A DNA stretch of 64,000 nucleotides from the human T2T-CHM13v2.0 reference genome, Homo sapiens (GCF_009914755.1 NC_060927.1), one strand, 5' to 3'; positions 43,867 to 59,126 are shown, counted from the stretch's first letter. The notes: a model not told the origin generated them from the letters alone. Numbers and translations: made by a program.

Positions 43867-44820
43867 CCGCAGAATGCGCAGAATTTCTTTTAATGTGTGC
43901 TTTCAGGTGTGAACCCAGGCAAAGTCCAGAAATAGCATCACGAAAGGCAACATCTTGAGCCAGGAATGCAAGTCTCCTGGTGGAATTTCAGGCACCAGCA
44001 GTGGGTGTGGAGATATTTCGGGCTGCTAAAGCCCTGGCAGCTCTTCCCCTTGCTCCTTGCTGGGCTTGGTCTTGTAAAGCCAAATGAAAACCCCAGCTAG
44101 TTCACGATCTTGTCTTCTTCCGAGGAAAGATTTGTCTGAAGACAGTGTTACTGCTTCCAAAGCACCGAGGGAGCTCTGGGGGTTTTATTGACATTCGTTT
44201 TCACAGCTCTGAGAAGGTTATTTCTATCCTTTCTGTCCGTAATGTGAGATGATAGGGGAGGAAAATAAGATTCCGTCAGGAGTGCGTGGTTTAGCCGAGT
44301 CCTTTCACGTAATCGTGAGCTGTGATGAGCTTGGTTGATTCTGGTCTGAGCGTCTGGGAAGCTCTGTGACCAGGCTGTTTATCGTTTCACTGCAGTGCCT
44401 GAATATAAAACTCGGGCACCAGACCCTGGCTGTCTGGGCAATTTGGGTATGAGACCGCAGATCTCACAAACTTCAGCCATCCACCCTGTCTCCCTGCGAG
44501 ACCCCGGCCATTTATACAGCACTGCAGATAGACCCGCTGAGACCCACACTGTAGCAGCTTCAGCAGAGGGAGCTGATTAAATGCCTCTTTCCTTTGCTGC
44601 TTGCATTGTTTTGGCAGAGATTATCCTAAAAATAGCACAGCCCAGTCCTGCCTGGATGCCTTCTGCCTCATTTCTGCAGGGTTGTACGATGTGTATTATT
44701 CTTCCACACTTACTGTCTCATGGAAGAGGCAATATTCTGTGGAGGAGGAAAATGAAAAACCCTGGGCTTTGGAGACAGAAGACTGCCTTTCAATTCTGGC
44801 TCTGCCTCTGTCCAACCTCG

Positions 44821-45070
44821 TTTTCTTTTTTTCTTTTTTTTTTTTTTTGGTGACAGTCTTGTTCTGTCACCCAGACTGAGTGCAGTGACGCCATCACAGC
44901 TCACTGCATCCTCAACTACCCACACCATGCCTAGTTAATTTTTGTTATTTTTAGTAGAGATGGGGTTTCATCATGTTGCCCAGGCTCATCTCAAACTGCT
45001 GGCTCAAGCGATCCACCCGCCACGGCCTCCCAAAGTGCTGGGATTACAGGCATAAGCCACAGCGCCCGGC
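44821..45070 (-). mobile_element. AluJ with internal deletion, inserted in a MIR
   Basis: Right arm shortened (ctcaactacc|cacaccatgcc); MIR continues actttggataagtcacttaacc ... aaaatggg. Confidence 0.85.
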
Positions 45071-45489
45071 GGGCCTTGTTTACTTTGGATAAGTCACTTA
45101 ACCCTGGCGAGGCCTAGTTTTACTAGCTTGCCTATAAAATGGGCATATTCTAAAACCAATCTCATGGAATCATTTTGAAGGTAAAATCAGATAAAGTATG
45201 TATCAGCTCTTCAATAAACAATATTATGAGTATTCCCTATTCTGAGCAGACCATGCTGTCCATCATCTCAATTATGGCTTAGGTGTCTTTGTTTAGCCCA
45301 ACACCATTCCTGGTACATAGTAGGCAGCATGTGCTACAAAGTTAAATTCATTATGTCTCTTCTTGTCTTTATTTGATTAATAGCTGTCATTCCTGCTAGA
45401 ATTCCACAAGGGCAGGACAGTGTCTAGTTTTTGCATATCTGTGTCCCTTTACCTTTTAGCCCAGAGACCAGCTCAATAAATACTTGCTA

Positions 45490-45845
<356 letters not shown>

Positions 45846-46499
45846 TGCATTCAAGTCAGCAAATATTTTGAGGATGGCTCCTATGTGGTAGGATTTTGTC
45901 ATTAGACATTATTTGTTTGCAAGAAATAGAAACCAACCAAACTAATGTGAATTGAAAGAAATAGCCAAGTCTGGAAGTATGTCTGGAAGAGTACAGCCAG
46001 GTCTCCAGGGACTAGGTGAAAAACTGAAAAACCAGCACACTCAAATCAGCAAGTTCACTTGCCCAGACTCTCTCGCTCTCTCCCTACTTCCCTCTTCTCC
46101 TCTCATCTCCTCACATCCTCTCTGCAGTTAGTTTTATTCTTCTCTTCAGTTGCATACAGGCTCCTCTGCTTTGATCATACATGAGACCAGACCACTCCAC
46201 TCTCTCATTTTAAGCACTGACTTCGACTTAGGAACCAGAGTCTCTGAGTCCCAAACCCAAATTTCTAAAAAAATGATGAATGTCTTAGCATAGGGGAAGA
46301 GTCAATTCCAGGTACAAGTAGATGATGTTGGGGAGATAGGGAGGTCCTCTGATCTGCCCCTCACTGTTCAGGGGCTCCAGAAGCAGGGGCTCAGAGGGAA
46401 AGCCAGGATACAAATTCCAACAGGGAGGATTGGAGACTGAGAGGTGATCATTGGCAAAAGCCCATCAACAGCAAGGGCACAGTGCTGAGCACTGGGGTA

Positions 46500-46770
46500 C
46501 CATTCATTTATTCCAGAAATGTTCACTGGGTGCCTACTGTGTAACAGGCACTGTTCCAGATGCTGGGGTTACAGCAGTAACAAGGAAGATGACAAGGATC
46601 CTGCCCTCCTGGAGCCCTTATTCTACAATGCAAACAAGTCAACATTCCAACAAACAAGTATATGAGCAACAGAGCTTCATTTCTCCAATGAAGAAGATTT
46701 TCTTCAAAGCGGAGAAATTAGCAACATGATATAGGGTGATAGGGCCGGGGTGGGAAGGGTTATTTTGATT
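46500..46770 (-). mobile_element. L2 3' end (antisense)
   Basis: cattcatttattccagaaatgttcactgggtgcctactgtgtaacaggcactgttc ... ctgccctcctggagc. Confidence 0.7.
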
Positions 46771-47139
46771 GCCACTTAGTGTCCTGTTCTGTCATACTGG
46801 CCAAAAGTACTAAAAACAGTGCCAAGATTTGGTTCTTCTGCTTATAAAGAAGGGCATAAGAGTAGAGTCCAGAATGTTCCTTGCAATTCTCCTTATGCTT
46901 GTCATGATGTAGGGGATAATTGGAGGCAAACTATCTATCTTGGGACTGGAGAAGAGACAACCAGGCTCTGGGGCCACCCTTTGTAACTCTTTTTTTGGAA
47001 CCTATCAAAAAAGCTCTGAGTGGCTCAGAACATGCCACACTCCGAGATCCACCTGCCTCTGATTGGGCTGGGGCCTGCCTAACACAGGCTTTGGGGAAAG
47101 TAGAGGGAATGTAGTGGGTGAAGAGAGCTCACCTGTTCA

Positions 47140-47540
<401 letters not shown>

Positions 47541-47596
47541 AAACAACAACTAATGCTTAATATATGCTAGGCAATGTTCTAAAAGCTTTGCTTGCA

Positions 47597-47730
47597 GGCT
47601 GGGGGCAGTGGCTCATGCCTGTAATCCTAGCACTTTGGAAGGCCAGTGTGAGAGGATCACTTGAGCTCAAGAGTTCCAGACCAGTCTGGGCAACACAGTG
47701 AGACTCCATCTCTATTAAAAAAGGAAAAAG
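47597..47730 (+). mobile_element. FLAM inside an antisense MIR (47552-47910)
   Basis: TSD aaagctttgcttgca / aaagctttgtatgca; MIR tgaggtaggtactattgttatccccattttaca. Confidence 0.88.
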
Positions 47731-48087
47731 CAAAGCTTTGTATGCATTAATTCACTTAACTTCTACAATTATACTATGAGGTAGGTACTATTGTTATCCC
47801 CATTTTACAAGTGAAGAAATCACACATAAAGCTTCTATAACTTGCTCAAAGTCATGTGTAGAAGTGGACTTCAAATCTAGACATTTCAGCTCCAAAATCC
47901 ATTTATTTTTTCTTATCAATAATGCCTTTTTCCAGGTGACTCTGAGCCCTATCTCTTGTACATAGAGGCTTCCAACAAAATTTTGAACAATTAAATGACT
48001 ACATCACACTTACAAGTTTCATTGCATTTTCTACTACATGCCACATGCATATCTGGTATCCTTCATTTTAAACATTTATTTAAAAAA

Positions 48088-48142
48088 ATTTTTTTGAGAC
48101 AGGGTCTCGCTCTGTTGTCCAGGCTGGAGTGCAGTGGTGCAA
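48088..48142 (-). mobile_element. Alu 3' fragment
   Basis: ttttgagacagggtctcgctctgttgtccaggctggagtgcagtggtgca. Confidence 0.8.
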
Positions 48143-48497
48143 CATGTCTGATGTCTTTCAAACTTTCTATTCAAATTCAGAAAAGGAGAGTAAACAACCT
48201 CTGATTTCAGGTCAAATGCAGAATTTCTTTCTGTTTTTGTTTTTGTTTTTGCAACTCTTCCATCAAACCATTATAGTCTGACACCTATTGAAGGGAGAAT
48301 GCGTTGTGTTATACTAGTCTTCATTTAGAGACAAGATTGGTTGCAGAGAGTACCCCTTGAATGTGGAAGGTGAGAGCAAACTATTAAACTACTTAGCCAA
48401 AAATCCAACTCCACAGTGGAATTTCAGGCATCAGAAAGTAGGTGGGAAGTATTTGAGAGTACGGCAGCCTTTTTGAGGCTTCAATATTGTTTGATGC

Positions 48498-48925
48498 ACA
48501 ATATGTGGCCTTTATGCCTGGCTTCTTTAACTTAGCATAATATGTTTAAGTTTCATCTATGTTGTAGCATGTATTATTCTTTTTTATAGCTTAATAATAT
48601 TCCGTTGTATGCATATACACCATTTTATTTACCTGTTCATCAACTGATGGAAATTTGGGTTCTTTCATTTTTTGGCTATTATGAATAACGCTGTTATAAA
48701 CATGTTGTACAAGTTTTAGTGTGGATGTTACGTTTTGAATTTTCTTGGGTATGTCTGCAGGAATTGAATTGCTGGGTCATACATTAACTCTATGTTGAAT
48801 ATTTTGAGAAACTGCCAACCTGTTTTCCGAAGTGGCTGCACCATTTTACATTTGCAGCAGTGTAGGAGAGTTCCAATTTCTCTATAGCCTCGCCAACACT
48901 TGCTATTGTCCCTCTTTTTGGTTAT
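48498..48925 (-). mobile_element. L1M fragment
   Basis: tggcttctttaacttagcataat ... aactgccaacctgttttccgaagtggctgcaccattttacat ... cctcgccaacacttg. Confidence 0.85.
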
Positions 48926-50292
48926 GGGCTGGTTATTCACGCAGGCATTGAGTTCATAGATTGTTATACAAAGTGGCTTTCGTTTTATTGGCTGAAGGAA
49001 AATAGGATTTATTAATCTGTTTGTTTGTAGAGGGGCAGAGGGAAGAAGGGAGATATGAGGACAATCATGAGTGTTGTCACCCAACCTTGTTTAAGGAATT
49101 GGTCTTGAGTCTCAGAGAAGAGAGGAGATATAGTAAAGCCCAAGAAGTTCCTGAAGCCTGCTAAGAGTCTGCACACAAGCAGGATGCACTGGGATCCAAG
49201 TGACCAGGTTCAACAGCGTAGGGGACCTTCCCCCATACTGTGGGACAGCATGCAGGGGGAGGTGCTGAGGGACATCAGCACATCAGGGACAGCATTGCCA
49301 CATGCCCACAGAAGCATGGGGAGGATGTAGAGTCTGGGAGCCCTCATCAAATAGCTACTAGGCAGTGGCTTCCAAGAAGAGGCCATGATGCAAGAACACA
49401 TGGCAACACGGTGGGCCCGTGTCCTGCTTTAGGAGCTGGGTCAGCAGGCGAGGGATGTGAACCTCTGACCCACAGGCCGGCAAACACTGGGACAGTGTAC
49501 ATAAGCCTTATCTTGAAGGCCCTGTGCAAACCAGTGTTTTAATGTTATTTGTTCCTTCTAGGGAATGCTAGGCCTGACAATTACATGGAATTTCAACCCT
49601 AATGAAGAAAGGGGTGATATACTCATCCATGACCTATTAAATCCTCATTTTCCCACCAAGCCTGGTGTTTTTCATTACTGTTTTACAGACTGGAAGAAAA
49701 TAGATTTTGTGCCATGTAAATTACGTTGAGTTTATGGTCTCTTGTGGGAAAGCCAGGGCTGATTCCTCAGAGGATGTTTTATGCCAGTCCATTAGCATGA
49801 GGGCCTTATTGATGAACCAATAAAGCATGTCCTGCCACATTCTTGGAATGGAACCTCCTAATTCATCATTAATATTCAGGTAAAGCACCACTACATTCAT
49901 CTGATTTTCCTCCCGTGGTAATTGCTGTTTAATTTCTATTTTATTAGCCAGATTAGTAAATCTTGGGAGATACTTGTTCCAGGCATGTACTCGAAAAGCC
50001 TGATAGATCTTTTGGTGTTTGTAAGCTAATGATAGCTTCCCGTGAACAGCAAAGCCTATAGTAACTTTTGGTGCATTTTGAACCCTAAGGAAAGCCCTGC
50101 CACTATCTCATTCAGGTCTCAGGCAACCCTGAAAGGTAGGACTAGGCAGCTGTCTTTCATGACACCCCACTGTAACTACATGAGGAAACTGAGGCTTGAG
50201 AAGGGTAGTAAGTGATGAAAAAATGGGTCTTGGCCCTGATTTGCTCAACTCTAAGAAAGACCTGCGCTGCATTAATAAAATACTAATAATGA

Positions 50293-50578
<286 letters not shown>

Positions 50579-50890
50579 TAATAATGAATCTTGTCAGATG
50601 GCTTTATTGACTTGATTTGTCAAATCAGTTCTGTCCCCCATTTCACCACCACTCCAAACAGCCAGTGGGTAAAAATACTGCTTCAGAAGCTAATGTTCAG
50701 AGCCAAAACACTGTCAAGATGACTGATCAATTCCGTTAAAATAAAGTTCTGCTCAAGGAAAGCAGTTTTAAAAGTCAGATGTGAATGTGTGAAGGGGATG
50801 CATCTATTCCCAATACACCTGGCCTTTCCTCCCCTACAATATTGCAAAATGAATTATTCTATGTGCACAATAATGTGTGACAAAACTTTA

Positions 50891-51294
<404 letters not shown>

Positions 51295-52261
51295 TCATTT
51301 TCTTTCCCCTCCTAATTGTTCCCTCTGGCTGTCACAGCTTTTAATGGTTTGTTATCCATATATTAAATAAGCTGATTCAGTCTAGATATTATTGGGTGGT
51401 TGCAATTACCAAAAGGATAGAAAAGGATTCAATTTTTCGGTTGTTGTTGTAAAAAAAAAAAAAAAGAACTTCTTTAATCTTGGACTTGTTTCTTGAAACT
51501 GTCAATTTGCTCTATGACTGATGGTTGCCTGAAAAGTGGTGACCAACTTTTTCCCCATGGAATCAGCATAAACTGGATCTGGGCTGTAGCAGGAGAGCCA
51601 AGGTTAAATATCTGAAATTTTCCTGATTGCAGACTGCTACCTTATGTAAAGAATCTTCTTCCTTTTTTTCTTCCCTCTTTCCCTCTCACCAATCTTGACC
51701 CTGAGTCCCCTGGGAAATGTGATCCAGAAATGGTGAGCCACAGAAGCAAGAGAAATAATGGGAAACCCACTAGAAATGTTTCTCTGACTGCTAATGAATC
51801 CAGGGTCAAGTATGGGAAATGTTCGGAATCTGTGACTGCGTAGGTCTCATGAGGTGTAGATACTTCTATTCGAAGTTAGCGAGTTCAGGTAAACTAGGAA
51901 AATGCGACTCCAAATTCATGTCTTTTCTTCAGTGAGAGAGTTTTTGTTTGCCTGAATTATCTGGATGACTGACATAATATTTTTTCATTCATATCTATGC
52001 ATTCATCTATGGGCAACATACATTTGCCTTTGATATCCCAGGTATTCAGGTAAATATTCATGGTGCAGAGAGACACACAGTCCCTGACTTCAGGACCTTC
52101 CATTGTTCACCCCTCAAGCCACCTCACCAACTCACACACTAAGATGAAGACAGACCCAGAAAGGAGACAATTCCATATGATAGCTGTTTTGAAAAGAAAA
52201 ATGAACGATGGTGTGAGAGTGTCACAGCTGGTCTTGGGGAATTCATGGAAGACTTCCAGAG

Positions 52262-52692
52262 CATGTTAGTATGCTTGGGCTGCCATAACAAAGTACTGCA
52301 GACCTGGTGGCTTCAACAAGAGAAATTGATTTTCTCACAGTTCTGGAGCCTAGAAGTCGGAGATCAAGACATTGGCAGGACTGGTTTCTCCTAAGGCCTC
52401 TTACCTTGCCTTCCAGATGGCCATCTTCTCCCTGTGTCTTCACGTGGTCTTCCCTCTGTGAATGTCTGTGTTCATCCAAATCTCCTCTTATTATCAGGAC
52501 ATGAGTCACATGGGATTAGGGACCACACATATGACCTCATTTTACCTTACTTACCTCTTTAAAGGCCCCGTCTCCAAATAGAGTCACATTCTGAGGTCCT
52601 GGGGGAGAGGACTTCAACATGGATTTTTTTTTCTTTTTTTTTTTTTTTTGTGGTTGGGCGGGGGAGGGGGGTGCACAACTGAGCCAAAAACA
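52262..52692 (-). mobile_element. MLT1B-like MaLR solo LTR within an antisense L2
   Basis: gggctgccataacaaagtac ... tctcacagttctggag ... ccaaatagagtcacattctgagg ... ggacttcaacat. Confidence 0.88.
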
Positions 52693-53139
52693 CAGGAGAA
52701 GTGACTTCTAAGCTGGGGCATCGAAAAAAAGCAGAATTTAGTGTTCCAAAGCACCCATGTATCAAGGCCTAGAAGTGAGAAAAAGTGGTCCATGCAGCAA
52801 ACTGCAAGTATTTTGAAATGGCTAGAGTCTAGATGTGATGTAGAAAGCAAGAAGACTTGAGACTAGAGCTCTGGGAAGGGCTGAATCATGGAGGTCTTTG
52901 TCATCTGAGTTAAAGATGGGACAATAGGCACATGGAGGAATTTTAGGCAAGAGGATCATACTTAAATTAACATGATATCTAAAGACCACTGCTGGGCGCA
53001 TGAATGCTTAGCATGAGTCCTGCAGATGCAGTCTCTTGGCTGTCATCACTCATACAGGGACATGAATTGTGGAGGTGGTGAGGATAATAAGATTCCCTGC
53101 ACATGGAGGTGAAGTTATGAAAACTCTTTTGTATAGATG

Positions 53140-53295
53140 CTCCCATTTCATCCTCACAAATTAACTCCAGTTCACAGCTGAGAAAGCTTAGGCTCAGAGA
53201 GATAGAGGAACTTGCTTCATTAAGGCCACAGAGCGAGCAAAGGGTCAGCCTGGATTGGAACTCTGGCCTTATTTCACCTTTCACCCTGGCTCTTT
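53140..53295 (-). mobile_element. MIR
   Basis: cacagctgagaaagcttaggctcagagag ... cttgcttcattaaggccacagagc. Confidence 0.6.
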
Positions 53296-54126
53296 CTAGG
53301 AAATCAGCCTCCTTTCTGAGGAGTGAACCGCATCTCTAGCTTGTCTTCCAAGAAGCCCTGCAGTGCATATTTCTTTGTGGTGTCCTCGACATCCTTGTTA
53401 AAATGTTCACTCTTTTAAAGAGGAAAAAAGCTGCTATTTGAGAGGCATTTACTGCCATAATTACAGCCATGATTTGGTGAAGTTGAATGAGAAAACCCCA
53501 GTGACTTAAAAGACAAACCACGTTCCATATGCCACAATCTGTCAGGGGCCAGCATTTGACGGGAAACAGTTTGATGGAAACTTTTCTGTTGTCGTTTCAA
53601 GAGATAGACGTGTTGCAGAGAACCACTCTGCAAGATTGATATATTTTTCTCATTATTGGGTTGTTTTTCCAACCACTTTCATGTGCTATCTTCTCATCTT
53701 TTTTCCCCGGTCCTTTGTCATAACCTTTCTCCCAAAGGGCTAGGGGCTGTCTGGACTCTGGATACCATTGACAAGATCACATTTATTTCATCTCTGTTGT
53801 CTGCACCTTTGCAGTCCCCAGAACTATTTTGTCTAAGACAGATCAAGAAATCATTCTCATTATGCTCTCATGACTTCTACATTTCAATTAGGACCAGAAG
53901 AGATGTTAGTGATTCTCTCTAGGCCTGGCCAGCCTGAGACAGAGCTCAGATTGCTACAGTGCCCGCCTCCTCTTCACTGTCTTTATAGTTCTGTCTCACT
54001 TCTCAACCCACTGTCTCCAAGTCCTCTCTGCCTTGACCAAAGTCTGATTGAGCCCCAAGATGAATCTGAAGTTTTGCATGACAATTTATGGTAGAAATTA
54101 ATATCCTAATAATCATTTATTTAGAC

Positions 54127-54345
54127 TAGTGGTTCTCACCTGGGGATGATTTTGTGCCCCAGGGGGATATTTGGAAGTCCCTGGAAACATTTTGTTTGTT
54201 ACATCTGTGGGAAAGAGATGTTAGTAACATCTAGTGGGTAAAGGCCAGGGATGCTGCTAAACATCCTTTAATGTACAGGGAAGCCCCTATAGTAAAAAAG
54301 TTATCTGGCCCAAAATGTCAATAGTGTTGGGGTTGAGAAACTCTG
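54127..54345 (+). mobile_element. MER20, full length
   Basis: tagtggttctcacctggggatgattttg ... ggggttgagaaactctg; 8-bp TSD atttagac / atttaaac. Confidence 0.9.
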
Positions 54346-54887
54346 ATTTAAACAATTAATACTTAAAACTTCATTATATTCCAGGCCTATTGTAGAAATA
54401 GAAGATTTTGTAATCAACAGGACCTTTGCTCTCTAAAATTTTATTATCTAGAGGGAGCATATATCATTTAGAATTTTTCCAGCTGCAATTAACAAGATAC
54501 TCAAAGAATTTCCTAAAGATACTTGAAATTTTCTCTTGTAACAAACATCTGGAAGTTATTTTAGGATTGTTTAATTGGACAACTCAACAAGGTCAGATAT
54601 CTGGGTGAGCTTCCCCAGAATATTTTTTGCTTTTCCCTCATGGTTGCAAAATAGCTGCCATAGCTCCATTCTCACAAATAACTCCCAAAGCAGGATGGAT
54701 GAAAGGCATAAGGGATCTCTTCTGATATATCAGTTTTTTTTTTAATGAGGGAGAAAAATCCTTTCCAGAAGCCCCCCAATGCCCAATAGGCTTTCTCTTA
54801 TATCCTACAGGCCAGACTTGGGATACCTTCCCATTCTTAAACCATTAAGGGCAAGTTTAAAATAGGATTACCGTCAATGACTTGGAC

Positions 54888-55072
54888 TAGGGATCAGCAA
54901 ACATTTTCTGTAAAGGGCCACATAGCAAATATTTTAGGCCTTGTATGTAATATATGATCTGTGTTGCACATTCTTCTTCTGTCAATTTTTACAACCTTTA
55001 AAAATGTAAAATCTATTCTTAGCTAATGGGCTATGTAAAAACAGGCTGTGGGCCATAGTTTGCTGACCCCTG
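54888..55072. mobile_element. MER58 (hAT-Charlie) inside an old MLT1 LTR (~54455-55150)
   Basis: Inverted ends gggatcagcaaac ... gtttgctgacccctg; tctgtaaagggccacatagcaaatattttaggc. Confidence 0.8.
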
Positions 55073-55226
55073 GAGAAAGGGCTTTCTAACACCTGCACAA
55101 AATCAGGGTTCTCTTCACAACCCAGTTATCATGGTGGTAACTGGATCTGCCACAGAAGGGTGCACAAGTGAATGGTAATTATAACGCAGTGGGACAAGTG
55201 CGATGACAAGGATGCATGGAAGAAGC

Positions 55227-55734
55227 TGTGGTAGCCAGCCTTCAAGATGCCCCCAATGATCCATGCCTCTAGCATTCATGCCTTTGAATCAGGTTGGTTT
55301 CTTGGACTAATAGAAGTGACAGTATGTGACCTCAGAGACTGTATCCTGAAAAACATTGCTACCTCTACCCCAGTCTTGAGGATTGCCCATTCTAGGGGAA
55401 GGTGGCTGTCATATTGTGATGACACTTAAGTGGCCTCTCCACAGGCGACACAGTGAGAAACTAAGGCTTTTCACCAACACCCACCTTCAACTTGCCAGTC
55501 ATGCGAGTGAGCCGCCCTGGAAGTAGATTCTCTAGCCCTAGGCAAGCTTTCAGTTGACTGCAATGCTGGCTGATATCTTGACTGCAACCTCATGAGAAAC
55601 TTTGAGCCTGAGCTACTCAGCTAAGCTGCTTTTGAATTCTTGACTCACAGGAACTATGAGATAATACAGATCTATTACATTAAGCTCCTTAGTTTTAAGG
55701 GTGATTTTTAATGCAGCCATAGATAATGAATACA
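55227..55734 (+). mobile_element. MLT1F-like MaLR solo LTR
   Basis: TGTGGTAGCCAGCCttcaagatg ... cttgactgcaacctcatgaga ... gcagccatagataatgaataCA. Confidence 0.85.
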
Positions 55735-57095
55735 GAGGTTTCTAAGAGAGTGGGAATGCCTTAGTTTCCAGGCTCTTAGAATGGCATCTTTAGATACTAG
55801 TAAGATGGTGAGGTGTAGGGGTGGGGGTGATGAGGGAAATAGCTGGCTAGGATTCGGGAAGCCTGGAACCTCTAGTTCATTTGTGAACGTGAAACAAACT
55901 AACTCACTTCTTTGGACATCATAAGCAAATCCTGGGAATGAGAGGATGAATAACTGTCAGAAAAATGAAAACTATCAAAAGCATATGGAATAACCTATAT
56001 ACTGTGATATAAGGCTCAATTCTTTGTTCTCTGAAGTAGTATATAATTTGCCTTTTCCCCCCATCAATCTTGAAAAACAAAATACGGAAAAAATCCATAG
56101 TGCCTGGAGAGGTTAGACAGGAGTCCAGGTGTCCAACATTAGGAAACACAACATGCAAGGAGTGGTAATTCAGGACCAAGGACAGCAACCTAATTCCCTA
56201 CCCCCACCACCCCACCTCTCCCCACCACCCCCATCCCAACCCCACAGACAGTTTTGGGCTTGGTATACACTTTCTGGCATCCAGAAATATATTCTCTGAT
56301 ATATAAAATTAGAACAGTTGAATTTTATTGTATTTAAAACTCAGCTTTGATATTCTGTAAATTCTTGATTCTGGCTTATTTGCTCTGCTCTCAAATCTCT
56401 ATCAAACGCCTTCAGTTTCTGCCAACGTGGAAGGTCAGTCCTATCTATCAGATGAACATAGAATTGAAGGTGACATACTGATCTGACATCAGTTTACTAG
56501 GAAAAGAAGACAAGCAAAGGGTGCTAATTTATTTCTTTTTATTTGGCTCCCTTTATTGCTGTGTGCTATCATTTGCCAAGCCCTGCAGGAGATAAAGAAG
56601 AGGAAGTAGCAGATTTTTCCTTCAGAAAGTTTGCAGCCTAGAGAAAGAATGACAAAGACTCAAACAACTCTCCTTGCTGCATTTCTTTTTCCTCCTTTAG
56701 TTAGACACTGTATTTGTCCCCTAAATAAGACAGACTCTCAGAGAAGGATCTTGTAACAGATAGTTTTACTTCGATGTGAATTTAATTCATTGTGTTACTG
56801 TACAATTTACACCTTATCTGTCTTTTGGAATGGAAGGCTTAATCTTCGGGTAGAGATTTGAGGCATTAACAGATAATTTTTAATTTGGTTAAGTTCACCA
56901 TTAAAGTTTCTTCATCTGCAAAATAGGGCTAACAATATTGGCACTGTCTATTTGTAGCTTTTGTCAGCTTAGCACTCCCTTTTCCATTGCTGAATGAGTA
57001 CCCCCAACCCTAATTCCATATGGCTGTGGTTGGACTGTCAATCATATCCAGTGCCTGGCCACTGGAATGGCCACAGACATGAGCCTCGTCAATGA

Positions 57096-57462
57096 TGATA
57101 TAGTTTGGCTCTATCTCCACCCAAAACTCATCTTGAATGGTAGCTCCCACAATTCCCACGTGTTGTGGGAGGGACCCAGTTGTGGGAGGTAATTGAATCA
57201 TGGGGGCGGGTATTTCCTGTGCTGTTCTCATGATATTGAATAAGTCTCACGAGATCTGATGGTTTTATAAAGGTGAGTTTCCCTACACAGGTTCTCTTCT
57301 CTTGTCTGCCACCATGTGAGATGTGCCTTTCACCTTCCACCATGATTGTGAGGCCTCCCCAGCCACGTGGAGCTGTGACTCCATTAAATCTCTTTTTCCT
57401 TATAAATTACTCAGGCTCGGGTATTAGTCCATTTATCACCAGTGTGAAAATGGACTAATACA
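57096..57462 (+). mobile_element. THE1 (B/C-like) MaLR solo LTR nested in an older LTR (~56952-57850)
   Basis: TGATATAGTTTGGCT ... aattgaatcatgggggcg ... tgattgtgaggcctccccagcc ... ggactaataCA. Confidence 0.92.
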
Positions 57463-58156
57463 GATGGTAAAGGGTTCCATTGTTCATAGAGATTGGTTCG
57501 AGGAAAGGGTACATGGCCAAAGTAGGGCCACTTAGACTTTCCACACGATCTGACGTCCACTTCATCTGGACTTGCAATCTGCAAGGATGATGTAAGCTTT
57601 AGCTGCCTGTGGGAAATAATCTGCAACAGGAGAAAATGACACTAACATGTTAAATTTAACAGAAAAAATGAAGCCAAGACATAGGGAAAGGAACAATAGA
57701 GAATGAGAGAGAATAGTAAGAGAGGTAGTTTGGCTTCTGGATCTAGCCAGACCTGAATGCATCACACTTTATATAAGCCAATAAATTCCCTTTTATGCTT
57801 ATGCAGGTTTAAGACATGCTTCTTTGACTTACAACCACAAAGACTAATATGATAACTATAATAGTTATTATAAGGGCCAAGTAAAATAAAATTTTTGAAA
57901 GCCCTACACAAAAGATGCAGTAATGTTCTCTGGGAGCTAACACTTTAATCTTTCAACATGTCTCTAAGTGCTTAATAAATATTATTTCATTCAATTCTGT
58001 CCTGCAGGCTTAATGCCCTGATGATGGGGAAAACCTTCCATTTTCTTTCCCTTGACATTAAGCTAATGCATTTCATCTAGTAAATTTCTCAATAAACTAG
58101 ATAATAAACGGAAAGATCTCTGTGTTATTTCAATATGGGTTAAAAATATATAGCTA

Positions 58157-58573
<417 letters not shown>

Positions 58574-59126
58574 TCAAAGTTGAATGCCACCAGCTTTTTA
58601 CATTACTTTATAGGAAGAATCTTCAGGGAACCACTACTTTGGTGATGTTTTGTTAAATGGCAGTGAAATGGCTGCTGTTGCGGGTGATAGAAAACTCTAT
58701 TGCTGTCCTCGACTTCATCTGCACTAAGATGAATCCATTATAGCAGCATTCCTGAAATTCTGAGGCAGGATAAAAACTTTTGCAGTTTTTAAATTAATGT
58801 TTTCCTTCTTTTTTGGTTCTTTAGAAAGTCTTGCCTTTGTAAGGCATTTTTAGAAAGTCTTGGAGTTTTGACTTATGGTCAGAACTGTAATTACTTTTAT
58901 TTTTTTCCCCAAACTTGAAATATGCCTACTAGAAACATGAGACTTTGTCTTTCTTCCAAAAATAAGCTTGTGTTTGGAATATAATTTAGAGATGTTGAAG
59001 ATTTACTGCTTTAAGTAAAAGCAGGGACTGAGGCAGGATCTAAAAGATGGGTGCATGTAAGCTTCCAGCTCATAGAGGTAGTTTGGGGCTGTCCCCCAAG
59101 GAAGAATTTAGTTCAGCAATTTCTTA

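Noticed and set aside
43815-44580. CpG island
   Set aside because: CpG density and GC content look too low for a true island; kept only as a CpG-enriched candidate element.
57421-57461. pre-miRNA hairpin
   Set aside because: Only 41 nt, too short for a Drosha substrate, and there is no expression evidence.
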